Below, one piece after another: positions 29,161 through 39,188 of a DNA stretch of 54,760 nucleotides. The DNA is from Lachnospiraceae bacterium (GTDB taxonomy: Bacteria; Bacillota; Clostridia; Lachnospirales; Lachnospiraceae). The DNA is taken from the NCBI GenBank assembly GCA_017634355.1, contig JAGBNO010000025.1, positions 1 through 54,760 of the forward strand, read 5' to 3'. Each line of letters starts with the position of its first letter. Within the stretch, counting starts at the first letter, position 1. The notes under the pieces are model-generated. The model made no database searches and had not been told where the DNA came from. It was given only the letters and a program-made list of their open reading frames with translations. The position numbers and the translations under genes are program-made.

Positions 29161-29240
29161 GGGCTAAAAGCTGTCCCTTGAAGCCTTGAATGAATATTTC
29201 TTCTCGTGCCGCAAAAATGCGGCGGAAATAGGAATCCTAC

Positions 29241-29927
29241 ATGATTATCCTGGAAGATGTGAAAAAAACCTATTCCACCGGTGCCCCCGCGCTAAATAAT
29301 ATCAGCCTCCATATAGAAAAGGGGGAGTTTGTATTTATAGTCGGGGACAGCGGTTCCGGAAAGTCCACTCTTATCAAGCTGCTGCTCCGTGAGCTAACTC
29401 CCACTAGCGGCAGGATAATAGTAAACCATACCGACGTGGTGAAGCTGCGTCACAGGAAGATTCCCCGCTACCGCAGGGGGCTGGGCGTTGTCTTTCAGGA
29501 TTTCCGTCTCCTGAAGGACAGAAATGTATACGAAAATGTAGCCTTTGCCCAGAGGGTGATAGCAGTCCCCCCCAGGCTCATAAGGAAAAATGTCCCAAGC
29601 GTGCTCTCCCTTGTGGGTCTGGCAGAAAAATACAAATCCAAGCCCAGGGAGCTCTCCGGCGGGGAACAGCAGAGGGTGGCCCTGGCCAGGGCCATTATTA
29701 ACGACCCTCCCATACTTCTTGCAGATGAGCCCACAGGAAACCTGGACCCAAAGAATTCCTGGGAGATCATGAAGCTTCTGGACCAGATAAACCACGGTGG
29801 CACTACCGTCCTCGTTGTTACTCACAATAGGGAAATAGTCAATGCCATGCGAAAGCGGGTCATCACCATGAAAAAGGGAGTGATTGTCAGCGACCAGAAA
29901 AAGGGCGGATATATAGATGAGGATTAG
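29241..29927 (+). CDS. ftsE: Cell division ATP-binding protein FtsE
   Basis: [36 protein letters not shown]. Confidence 0.95.
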   Translation: MIILEDVKKTYSTGAPALNNISLHIEKGEFVFIVGDSGSGKSTLIKLLLRELTPTSGRIIVNHTDVVKLRHRKIPRYRRGLGVVFQDFRLLKDRNVYENVAFAQRVIAVPPRLIRKNVPSVLSLVGLAEKYKSKPRELSGGEQQRVALARAIINDPPILLADEPTGNLDPKNSWEIMKLLDQINHGGTTVLVVTHNREIVNAMRKRVITMKKGVIVSDQKKGGYIDED

Positions 29928-30816
29928 TACATTTTTTTTCTCTTTAGGGCAGGGCATTAAAAATATTTTCAGGAATAAAATGTTTTCCCTGGCCACGGTA
30001 GCAACTATTTCTGCCTGTGTATTCCTGTTTGGGCTATTCTACTCTGTGGTCTTAAACTTCTCCAACATAGTGCGCCAGGCGCAGTCAGGCGTTGCGGTGA
30101 CCGTATTCTTCGACGAGGGAATCTCCGATGAAGAAATACAGAGGATAGGGGAAGAGATAGGCAAGAGGGCAGAGGTGTCGAAGCTCGTATTCGTGTCTGC
30201 CGAGGAGGCCTGGGAATCCTTCAAGCGGGAGAACCTGGGCGACTATGTGGACAGCTTCGGCGACGACAACCCCCTTGCTGAAGATTCCAACTATGAGATC
30301 TACATGAATGACATATCCATGCAGGAAAACCTCGTTGAATACCTGGAGTCCCTGGAGGGCGTGCGCCAGGTGCATAAATCTGCGATGGTGGCCACTATGC
30401 TCACTTCTGTCAATATGCTCATAGGTTATGTCTCCATGGGCATAATCCTCATACTGCTCGCCGTCTCTATTTTCCTTATCAGCAATACCGTCGCCATAGG
30501 CATTACGGTACGCCGGGAGGAGATAGGGATAATGAAGCTCATAGGGGCGACAGACTTCGTGGTAAGGGCTCCTTTCGTATTCGAGGGGATAATACTGGGC
30601 CTCATAGGGGCTTCGCTGCCCCTCATAGCCATTTATTTCATATACCTTAGGGTCATAGAGTACCTCTCTGAACGCTTTGCAATTCTGAATTCACTTTTGC
30701 AATTCCTGTCCATACAGGAAATATTCAGCACTCTCGTGCCGGTCGCCCTCATCCTGGGCGTAGGCATAGGGTTCTTGGGCAGCTTCACTACTGCGAGGAA
30801 GCATCTGCGGGTATGA
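29917..30816 (+). CDS. ftsX: Cell division permease FtsX
   Basis: RREEIGIMKLIGAT..VRAPF.FEG; 4 TM; overlaps ftsE. Confidence 0.95.
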   Translation: MRISTFFFSLGQGIKNIFRNKMFSLATVATISACVFLFGLFYSVVLNFSNIVRQAQSGVAVTVFFDEGISDEEIQRIGEEIGKRAEVSKLVFVSAEEAWESFKRENLGDYVDSFGDDNPLAEDSNYEIYMNDISMQENLVEYLESLEGVRQVHKSAMVATMLTSVNMLIGYVSMGIILILLAVSIFLISNTVAIGITVRREEIGIMKLIGATDFVVRAPFVFEGIILGLIGASLPLIAIYFIYLRVIEYLSERFAILNSLLQFLSIQEIFSTLVPVALILGVGIGFLGSFTTARKHLRV

Positions 30817-32045
30817 ATAATAAAATCTCATTTTGGGCTGGCCTCATTACCGGCCTCATCACAGCGCTAAGTCTACTCATATTAGTATTCCTGGGCAACG
30901 GCATCCACAATTTAATACTTGGGAGGGGTTTCAGCCTCGCCAATAACGATGCCGGCGGGCTCCTCACCGACGAGGTAAGGGACAAGCTATACGGCCTCAA
31001 CGAGATGATAGATGAGAACTACGTCAATTACAAAGACGACGATGCCGGCATGAGCGCTTCCGACAGGGCAGAGGGCCTTTACAAAGGACTGGTCAGTTCC
31101 TTAAATGACCCCTATTCCCAGTATTATACCGAGCGGGAATACCGTTCCCTCATGGATTCCGTGGACGGCTCCTTTGAAGGCATAGGGGCTTCCATAGGGG
31201 AGGATCCGGATACGGGCGAGTACAATGTAGTAGGTTTTACCGAGGGCTCTCCTGCGGAGAAAGCCGGTATGCAGGTAGAAGACATCTTCTTCTCTGTAAA
31301 CGGCGTTTCTGTGGCAGGAATGGATTTAGACGAGCTCGTTTCAAATGTGCGTGGGCCCAAGGGCAGTTCCGTAACCCTTGTTATGCTAAGGGGAGATGAC
31401 AGGCAAGAGGTGACGCTGGAAGTCGTCAGGGATTCCATCATCACAGCCAAAACCGTATCCGTCAACATGATAGACAGCGAATGTGCATATATGCAGATCA
31501 CAAATTTCGAGGAGATCACAGAGGCGCAGTTTGAAGAGGGGCTTAGCACCTTAAAGACCCAGGGCATGAAAAAGCTCCTGCTGGACCTGAGGGGAAATCC
31601 CGGTGGCAGCATGGAGGCAGCCATAAATATATCCGACAAAATGCTTCCCGAAGGACTCGTGGTCTATACAGTGGATGCCAAGGGAAACAAAAAAGAGTTC
31701 AATTCCACGGCGGCTGAAAGCCTGGACCTGCCCATAGTTGTACTGGTAGACGAGAATACCGGCAGCGCCGCGGAGATACTTGCCGGAGCCTTAAAAGACC
31801 ACAAAAGGGCCACCCTGCTCGGAGTGACCACTTATGGCAAGGGCATAGTGCAGAATGTCTACGGCCTAAAGGACGGCAGCGCATTAAAGCTCACCGCCGC
31901 CCGCTACTATACGCCAAGCGGCGTCAACATACAGGGAATAGGCATAGAGCCGGATGTTACCGTGGAATGGGATGCCGAGGCCTATGAAAGAAATGGCTAT
32001 GACAACCAGCTGGAAGAGGGAAAGAAGCTGCTAAAAAAGATGTGA
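30813..32045 (+). CDS. S41 family C-terminal processing peptidase with PDZ domain
   Basis: DPYS.Y, DLRGNPGG, SAAE, GKG, YYTP.G..I. Confidence 0.92.
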   Translation: MNNKISFWAGLITGLITALSLLILVFLGNGIHNLILGRGFSLANNDAGGLLTDEVRDKLYGLNEMIDENYVNYKDDDAGMSASDRAEGLYKGLVSSLNDPYSQYYTEREYRSLMDSVDGSFEGIGASIGEDPDTGEYNVVGFTEGSPAEKAGMQVEDIFFSVNGVSVAGMDLDELVSNVRGPKGSSVTLVMLRGDDRQEVTLEVVRDSIITAKTVSVNMIDSECAYMQITNFEEITEAQFEEGLSTLKTQGMKKLLLDLRGNPGGSMEAAINISDKMLPEGLVVYTVDAKGNKKEFNSTAAESLDLPIVVLVDENTGSAAEILAGALKDHKRATLLGVTTYGKGIVQNVYGLKDGSALKLTAARYYTPSGVNIQGIGIEPDVTVEWDAEAYERNGYDNQLEEGKKLLKKM

Positions 32046-32064
32046 GGCCGCCTTTTTTCAATGA

Positions 32065-32093
32065 TTGACATTATTATACTTTTAAGCTAGAAT
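32065..32093 (+). promoter_or_regulatory. Sigma-A promoter
   Basis: TTGACA-17 nt-TAGAAT. Confidence 0.75.
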
Positions 32094-32200
32094 AGAGCTG
32101 TTTGTATTTCATTGGATACAAAGTTTTTTTGTTGCCCAAAACCAGAAGGTTTTATGACATTAATGGGGCAGCATAGGTTTTTAAGGAGGCGATAAGAGAA

Positions 32201-32683
32201 ATGGCAATAACAAAAAGGGCGGTCCCTAAAGCTGAAAAAACAGCAGAAGTCGAGTCTGCTGCCAAGGAAAGCGTGAAGGAGCCTGGCATGGCATCCGCTG
32301 CCGCAGAGAACAAAAATTCCGCACCTAAGAAAGAAGCGGCAGCCGCGGCAAGTGAAGACTCAAAAGCTTCAGACAAGAAAGAGGCTTCCAAAAAGCCCGT
32401 AGTCAAAATGGAAGTCAGCGGCGATGGCAAAAAGTCCGGAGACAAGCCGTCGGAGAAAAAGTCTTCTTCCCGCAAGGCAGCGATGACAGAGTCACTGGTC
32501 ATACAGTTCCGCGGGCGCGAAGTCAGCCGTGCGAAAATAGAGGAACGTTTTAAAGATGTTTGGACCAAGGACTTCGGCAGGAAGATGAACGACATTAAAG
32601 ATGTCACCTATTATATCAAGCCTGAGGATTCTGCGGTTTATTTCGTAGTAAACGGAGAGGATCAGGGCAGCTTTGCCATATAA
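32201..32683 (+). CDS. DUF6465 family protein with A/K/E-rich N-terminus
   Basis: C-terminal YIKPED..VYFVVNG...GSF. Confidence 0.8.
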   Translation: MAITKRAVPKAEKTAEVESAAKESVKEPGMASAAAENKNSAPKKEAAAAASEDSKASDKKEASKKPVVKMEVSGDGKKSGDKPSEKKSSSRKAAMTESLVIQFRGREVSRAKIEERFKDVWTKDFGRKMNDIKDVTYYIKPEDSAVYFVVNGEDQGSFAI

Positions 32684-32692
32684 GCATCTGCA

Positions 32693-34399
32693 TTGGGTAA
32701 AATAAAGCAAAAAGCCAGAGCCGGATACGAAAATATCCGGCTCTCTTTTCTAAATAAAAACATTATCTTAAATACCCTGTCCATACCAGTTATCTGCTAT
32801 ACGGCATACCTGCTCTCAGGGATTATTTCCCATACCTTTCTGGACCTGAATATTCCCAATGAGTACAGGGAAGCGGCAAATGTATACCTTACCCGCGAGC
32901 TCATGCTGGGTAAAAACCCCTACTCTCTCTCTGCGTTGAAGGACCTGCACCCCTGCCTCATCTATCTGTACGGTCCGCTCTATTCCATGGCAGTGGCTTT
33001 CTTCGGCATATTCATACATCTGGACATCATAGCCCTCCACTATCTCTTTACATTTGCCTGCATCATCATTTCAGCTTTTCTGTCAGCATGGATGGTGCAC
33101 GAAAAGAGCAGCACCCTCCTTGCGCCTTCCCTTGCCTTTGTCTTCCTGGTAAACTGCCACTGGAGGTATAATTACCTGAACGCCGTGCCCGACAGCATGG
33201 GGCTAATGCTCATGGTTCTTATCTTCTTCGTGCTGACCAGGCCCAGCCTCAAGCATAAGCCTTTTATTGCGGCCCTTTTGACCATGGCGGCCTTTCTCAC
33301 GAAGCAGTACTTCCTTCTGACCGCAGGCACGGCCACAGCCTTTTTATTCATATCCGAAGGCTGGAAAAAGTCCCTTAAATACCTTATGCATCTAGCCATA
33401 TTGACTTTTCTTCTCTTTGTCGTTATAGGGTGGCAGTTCCCACTATTCTGGACCTATACTCTCTATTTTGCAAAGGGGCCCGGCAAGGGCATCTCCAACC
33501 ATGTGACCAGAAACGGCGTGAAGATCACGGGGAATATGTACAATCTGAGCCAGGTCATGTCCCTGGGCGGGATGTTCCTCATGCTCTTTGTCACAGAGGC
33601 TATAGGGATACTCTCCATCATAAAGGAGTTCTTCACGCATTTGAAAAATGCAGGCTCCTTTCAAAGCAAAATATTTACCTTCATAAAAAAGACCGACAGC
33701 ACCATAGTCCTTACCATCATACATTTAGCCGTTGCCGCGATATGCCTAAGCTATCTCGGAAAAAACGACGGAGCCTGGCTCTCCTACTATCTGGAGCTCT
33801 TTATGCCGGCCCTCGTAATAGGCTCCCTGGTATTTCTGGAAGCTTTCCTCCATAAGCTCCCTCCCATAACTAATGAAGCCCCAAAGGCGCGTTATTTCCA
33901 TATCCTTTACCACGCCTTCTATCTACTACTCATAGTCTTTACGCTGTACCGCACGGGGACACGCCTTCCGGCCTCACCCTTGACAGAAGCCGACAGGACC
34001 GCCTGGCAAAAGGCAGAGGAGCTTCTGGATAAAGAGTCGGGCGACATGTACCTATATCCCCCCCTCGCCTACTATGGTCTGGAAAGAGGCATATACGTAT
34101 ACAATTCCGGCCAGCCCTTCGTGATAACGGACAAATTCTATAAGCGCCACCTGAAGTCTGAAAAAAACCAGCAGCTCTACCCCTACGCAGGGGAAATCTT
34201 CAGGAAACACCTCTCCTACAGAAATACTGTAAGGAGCCGTGTCCGCCATGGGGACTACAGTGTTGTAACCTTTATAGAGGATACTGACGAGGTATTTACC
34301 AGAAAAGACCTGAAGGCATATTACCGCCTTGCGGCCACTCTCCCCCTGCGCTGCGGCCGCTGGTCCTGGGATGTGGAGTTCTGGTTAAAGAAAGAATAG
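32693..34399 (+). CDS. Polytopic membrane protein, probable GT-C-fold glycosyltransferase
   Basis: EYRE loop, YGPLY, PD, TKQ motifs and many TM helices. Confidence 0.65.
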   Translation: MGKIKQKARAGYENIRLSFLNKNIILNTLSIPVICYTAYLLSGIISHTFLDLNIPNEYREAANVYLTRELMLGKNPYSLSALKDLHPCLIYLYGPLYSMAVAFFGIFIHLDIIALHYLFTFACIIISAFLSAWMVHEKSSTLLAPSLAFVFLVNCHWRYNYLNAVPDSMGLMLMVLIFFVLTRPSLKHKPFIAALLTMAAFLTKQYFLLTAGTATAFLFISEGWKKSLKYLMHLAILTFLLFVVIGWQFPLFWTYTLYFAKGPGKGISNHVTRNGVKITGNMYNLSQVMSLGGMFLMLFVTEAIGILSIIKEFFTHLKNAGSFQSKIFTFIKKTDSTIVLTIIHLAVAAICLSYLGKNDGAWLSYYLELFMPALVIGSLVFLEAFLHKLPPITNEAPKARYFHILYHAFYLLLIVFTLYRTGTRLPASPLTEADRTAWQKAEELLDKESGDMYLYPPLAYYGLERGIYVYNSGQPFVITDKFYKRHLKSEKNQQLYPYAGEIFRKHLSYRNTVRSRVRHGDYSVVTFIEDTDEVFTRKDLKAYYRLAATLPLRCGRWSWDVEFWLKKE

Positions 34400-34512
34400 C
34401 CCCGTGCCTTTAATTATGGTATAATGGCAGTCGCTGTCTACTTATTCTCATGCTGTCTATTTAATGGGGCTTAAGTAGGCAGGGTACCAGCTTATGAATT
34501 TTGGAGGATGAA

Positions 34513-35967
34513 ATGGACAGACAGAATCTCACTCTTCTAACCGATCTCTATGAGCTCACGATGATGCAGGGCTATTTTCGCAATACCACGGCAAACGACA
34601 CCGTGATATTCGATATGTTCTACAGGACGAACCCGCAGGAGTCAGGCTATGCGGTAATGGCCGGCCTTGAGCAGGTCATACGCCTCATAAACAATCTCCA
34701 TTTTGAAGAGGACGACATACGGTATTTATCTACTTTGGATATCTTTCAGGAGGATTTCCTTGAATATCTCCGCACCTTCCGCTTTACAGGCTCTATATGG
34801 GCTATTCCTGAGGGGACGGTTATCTTTCCAAGGGAGCCCCTGGTAAAGGTCATAGCCCCTATCATGCAGGCGCAGCTGGTGGAAACGGCCATACTCACTA
34901 TACTCAACCACCAGTGCCTCATTGCCACAAAGGCCTCCAGGGTATGCTATGCCGCCAGGGGAGACAGCGTAATGGAATTCGGCCTGAGGCGGGCGCAGGG
35001 TCCCGACGCGGGCATATACGGCGCAAGGGCCGCCGTCATAGGGGGCTGCTCAGGCACCTCCAATGTGCTTGCAGGCCAGCTTTTCAATATCCCTGTAATG
35101 GGAACGAATGCCCACTCCTGGATCATGAGCTTTCCCGATGAGCTCACAGCCTTCAGGGCATACGCGGATATCTATCCAAATAGCTGCCTCTTTGTAGTCG
35201 ATACATACGATTCCTTAAAGAGCGGTGTTCCACATGCCATACAGGTTTTTAAGGAATTAAGGGAAAAGGGCATACATCCAAAGCGGTACGGCATACGATT
35301 CGATTCTGGGGACCTCGCATACCTGAGTAAGAAGGCCAGGAAAATGCTGGACGATGAGGGCTTTAGCGACGCCATCATTTCCGCGAGTAATGACCTGGAC
35401 GAATTCCTTATAGACTCCCTCAAGGTCCAGGGTGCAAAGATAAGCAGCTGGGGCGTAGGGACAAATATGATAACTTCCAAGGACTGGCCTGCTTTCGGAG
35501 GAGTCTACAAACTTGCCGCCATGATGGGGCCTGACGGCAGCTTTATTCCAAAGATCAAGATCTCAGAGAATACGGAAAAGGTCACAAATCCCGGAAACAA
35601 AAAGATAATCCGTATATATGAAAAGGAAAGCGGGAAGATAAAGGCAGACCTTATATGCCTTGCGGATGAAGTTTTCTCTGAAGACGAGGACCTGCTGCTC
35701 TTCGACTCCTTAGAGCCCTGGAAAAAAACGCACATGGCAGCCGGCAGCTTTACCCTGAGGGAGATCATGGTTCCCATTTTCGATGAGGGCAGATGTGTCT
35801 ACACCTCACCCTCAGTAATGGAGATCAGGGACATTTGCCAAAAGGAGCTGGACACCCTCTGGGATGAGACCAGGCGCCTTGTGAACCCGCACAACGTATA
35901 TGTAGACCTTTCACAGAAGCTATATGATGAAAAGCGGGCCCTGCTGGAGAGGTATGGGACTATCTGA
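34513..35967 (+). CDS. pncB: Nicotinate phosphoribosyltransferase
   Basis: LLTDLYELTM, EFGLRRAQG, AHSW, DTYD, IRFDSGD; RBS GGAGG. Confidence 0.96.
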   Translation: MDRQNLTLLTDLYELTMMQGYFRNTTANDTVIFDMFYRTNPQESGYAVMAGLEQVIRLINNLHFEEDDIRYLSTLDIFQEDFLEYLRTFRFTGSIWAIPEGTVIFPREPLVKVIAPIMQAQLVETAILTILNHQCLIATKASRVCYAARGDSVMEFGLRRAQGPDAGIYGARAAVIGGCSGTSNVLAGQLFNIPVMGTNAHSWIMSFPDELTAFRAYADIYPNSCLFVVDTYDSLKSGVPHAIQVFKELREKGIHPKRYGIRFDSGDLAYLSKKARKMLDDEGFSDAIISASNDLDEFLIDSLKVQGAKISSWGVGTNMITSKDWPAFGGVYKLAAMMGPDGSFIPKIKISENTEKVTNPGNKKIIRIYEKESGKIKADLICLADEVFSEDEDLLLFDSLEPWKKTHMAAGSFTLREIMVPIFDEGRCVYTSPSVMEIRDICQKELDTLWDETRRLVNPHNVYVDLSQKLYDEKRALLERYGTI

Positions 35968-35993
35968 TATGCCATTCTAATAAAGGAGAGATT

Positions 35994-38900
35994 ATGTACG
36001 AAAAAGTAAGTACCGACCTGAATTTTGCGGAGCGGGAAAAAAAGATAGAGGAATTCTGGAAAAAGCATGAGATTTTCAAGAAATCTATGGAACAGAGGGA
36101 GCAGGGAGAGACCTATACCTTTTACGACGGGCCTCCGACTGCCAATGGAAAGCCGCACATAGGCCATGTGCTTACCCGCGTCATAAAGGACATGATACCC
36201 CGCTACCATGCCATGAAGGGAGAATATGTCCCCAGAAAGGCCGGCTGGGACACCCACGGCCTGCCCGTAGAGCTGGAAGTCGAGAAACAGCTGGGCCTCG
36301 ACGGCAAGGAACAGATAGAGGAATACGGCCTCACGCCCTTCATTGCTAAATGCAAGGAGTCTGTCTGGAAGTACAAGGGCATGTGGGAGGATTTCTCCGA
36401 CACTGTCGGCTTCTGGGCAGATATGGACAATCCATACGTGACTTATGAGGACAATTATATAGAGTCGGAGTGGTGGGCTTTATCTGAGATCTGGAAAAAG
36501 GGGCTCCTGTATAAAGGCTTTAAGGTCGTGCCCTACTGCCCGCGCTGCGGCACCCCCCTCTCTTCGCACGAGGTGGCGCAGGGCTATAAAGAAGTAAAGG
36601 AGAGGTCAGCCATAGCCCGCTTCAAGGTAAAGGACAGGGATGAGTATATACTGGCCTGGACCACCACGCCCTGGACCCTGCCATCTAATGTAGGCCTCTG
36701 CGTAAATCCTGAGGAAAACTATGTGAAGGTCCATGCGGAGGACGGATATACCTACATATTGGCTGAAGCCCTGTTAAAAAAGGTTCTGGGGGAAGACTCC
36801 TCTCCCGAAGTGCTGGAACGCTATAAGGGGAGCGAGCTTGAACACCTGGAATACGAACCCCTCTTTGAATGTGCGGGCATAGAAGCTGAGAAGCAGCATA
36901 AAAAGGCCCATTTCGTGGTCTGCGACAGCTATGTCACCATGGAAGACGGCACGGGCATAGTCCACATAGCCCCTGCCTTTGGTGAAGACGACGCCAGGGT
37001 CGGGCGCAAATACGACCTGCCCCTCGTGCAGTTCGTGGACAGCGCAGGCCTTATGAAGAGCGAGACTCCTTTCGGAGGACTATTTGTAAAGGATGCGGAC
37101 CCTGAGATACTTAAGGACCTTGAAAAGCGTAAACTTCTCTTCTCTGCCCCCGAATTCAGCCACGACTATCCCTTCTGCTGGCGCTGCGACACGCCCTTAA
37201 TCTACTACGCAAGAGAGTCCTGGTTTATACGCATGACGGAGGTAAAGGACGACCTCGTCAGAAATAATGAAAAGATAAACTGGATCCCGCCCACGATAGG
37301 CACTGGCCGTTTCGGGGAGTGGCTTAGAAATATACAGGACTGGGCTATCTCCAGGGACCGCTACTGGGGAACACCCTTAAATATCTGGGAGTGCCCCGAC
37401 TGCGGGAAAAGGCTTTCTGTCGGGTCGAGGGAAGAGCTCTATAAGCTTTCCGGAAATGAGAAGGCGAAAACCGTAGAGCTGCACCGTCCCTTTGTAGACG
37501 AGATCACAATAAGCTGCCCCGACTGCAGCGGCACTATGAAGAGGGTTCCGGAAGTCATAGACTGCTGGTTCGATTCAGGCGCCATGCCCTTTGCCCAGCA
37601 CCACTATCCATTCGAGAATAAAGAAGTATTTGAGCGTCAGTTCCCGGCAGCCTTTATATCAGAGGCTGTTGACCAGACCAGGGGGTGGTTCTACTCCCTG
37701 CATGCCGAGTCAACCCTGCTTTTTAATAAGCCCTGCTATGAGAACTGCATAGTGCTGGGCCTAGTGCTGGATGAGAACGGGGAAAAGATGAGCAAGTCCA
37801 AGGGCAACGCCGTCGATCCCTTTGAGGCACTGAAAAAACACGGTGCGGATGCCATAAGGTGGTACTTCTACATTAATTCTGCCCCCTGGCTCCCCAACCG
37901 CTTCCACGACCTGGCAGTAGTCGAGGGCCAGAGGAAGTTCATGGGAACCCTCTGGAACACCTATGCATTTTTCGTGCTCTATGCCAATATAGACGGATTC
38001 GACCCCAGCAAGTACAGTCTCGACTACGACAAGCTCCCCGTCATGGACAAGTGGGCCTTGTCGCGGCTGCAGACCTGCATAAGGGATACAGACAATAACC
38101 TCTCAGCCTACAAGATCACGGAGGCCGCCAAATGCCTGCAGGACTTTATAGAAGACCTGAGCAACTGGTACGTGCGCCGTTCCCGCAAGCGCTACTGGGC
38201 CAAAGGCATGGAACAGGACAAGATAAACGCCTATCTTACCCTCTATACTGCCTTGGTAGACTTCTGCAAGATAGCGGCTCCCATGATTCCCTTTATGACA
38301 GAACAGATTTACCAGAATCTCGTCATATCTGTAGATAAATCTGCGCCGGAATCCATACACCTATGCGATTATCCCGTGCCGAAAAACGAATGGATAGATA
38401 CGGACCTGGAAAAAGATATGGATGAGACTCTGCATATAGTGGCTCTGGGGAGGGCCGCAAGGAACGAGTGCGCCATTAAGAACCGCCAGCCCATAGGAAC
38501 CATGTATGTAAGGGCAGAACGCCCTTTAAGCGAATTCTTTAATGACATAATAAAGGATGAGCTCAATATCAAGGAGATACGCTATAGCGAGGATATACGC
38601 GAATTCACGACATATAAGTTCAAGCCACAGCTTAGGACCGTTGGCCCCAAATACGGCAAAGTCTTAAAAGACATACAGGCCTACCTCTCTTCTGTAGACG
38701 GCAATGCGGCCCATGATGATTTAAAGGCTACAGGCAGCCTTTCCTTTAATGCGGGGGGTGTCGATGTAAACCTCTCAGAAGAGGATCTCTTAATAGAAGT
38801 CAGCAACAAGGAAGGCTATGCAGAGCAGAGCGACGCCAAGGCGGCCGTCGTGCTGGATACCAATCTCACGGAAGAACTCTTAGAAGAGGGCTATGTGAGG

Positions 38901-39143
38901 GAGCTCATCAGCAAGATACAGACCATGCGCAAGGAAGCCGGATTCGAGGTGATGGACAAGATAAGGATATGCCTGCAGGGCAATGAGAAGCTGTCTGATT
39001 ATCTGGAAAAACACGCCGAATATGTGAAATCTGAGGCCATGGCTGATGAGATAACATTCTCCGATATGGGCGGATACATAAAAGAATGGAATATAAATGG
39101 TGAAAAAGCAACTCTGGGCGTAGAGGTGTTGAAAAAGGGATAA
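35994..39143 (+). CDS. ileS: Isoleucine--tRNA ligase, type 2
   Basis: DGPPTANG.PHIGH, WTTTPWTLP, DQTRGWF, KMSKS; no C-terminal zinc finger. Confidence 0.96.
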   Translation: MYEKVSTDLNFAEREKKIEEFWKKHEIFKKSMEQREQGETYTFYDGPPTANGKPHIGHVLTRVIKDMIPRYHAMKGEYVPRKAGWDTHGLPVELEVEKQLGLDGKEQIEEYGLTPFIAKCKESVWKYKGMWEDFSDTVGFWADMDNPYVTYEDNYIESEWWALSEIWKKGLLYKGFKVVPYCPRCGTPLSSHEVAQGYKEVKERSAIARFKVKDRDEYILAWTTTPWTLPSNVGLCVNPEENYVKVHAEDGYTYILAEALLKKVLGEDSSPEVLERYKGSELEHLEYEPLFECAGIEAEKQHKKAHFVVCDSYVTMEDGTGIVHIAPAFGEDDARVGRKYDLPLVQFVDSAGLMKSETPFGGLFVKDADPEILKDLEKRKLLFSAPEFSHDYPFCWRCDTPLIYYARESWFIRMTEVKDDLVRNNEKINWIPPTIGTGRFGEWLRNIQDWAISRDRYWGTPLNIWECPDCGKRLSVGSREELYKLSGNEKAKTVELHRPFVDEITISCPDCSGTMKRVPEVIDCWFDSGAMPFAQHHYPFENKEVFERQFPAAFISEAVDQTRGWFYSLHAESTLLFNKPCYENCIVLGLVLDENGEKMSKSKGNAVDPFEALKKHGADAIRWYFYINSAPWLPNRFHDLAVVEGQRKFMGTLWNTYAFFVLYANIDGFDPSKYSLDYDKLPVMDKWALSRLQTCIRDTDNNLSAYKITEAAKCLQDFIEDLSNWYVRRSRKRYWAKGMEQDKINAYLTLYTALVDFCKIAAPMIPFMTEQIYQNLVISVDKSAPESIHLCDYPVPKNEWIDTDLEKDMDETLHIVALGRAARNECAIKNRQPIGTMYVRAERPLSEFFNDIIKDELNIKEIRYSEDIREFTTYKFKPQLRTVGPKYGKVLKDIQAYLSSVDGNAAHDDLKATGSLSFNAGGVDVNLSEEDLLIEVSNKEGYAEQSDAKAAVVLDTNLTEELLEEGYVRELISKIQTMRKEAGFEVMDKIRICLQGNEKLSDYLEKHAEYVKSEAMADEITFSDMGGYIKEWNINGEKATLGVEVLKKG

Positions 39144-39188
39144 GCTCCCGGCCTTCAACAACTATCTTAAAAAGAAAGGGGAAACAAA

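Noticed and set aside
35968-35993. T-box leader for ileS
   Set aside because: The intergenic gap is only 26 bp
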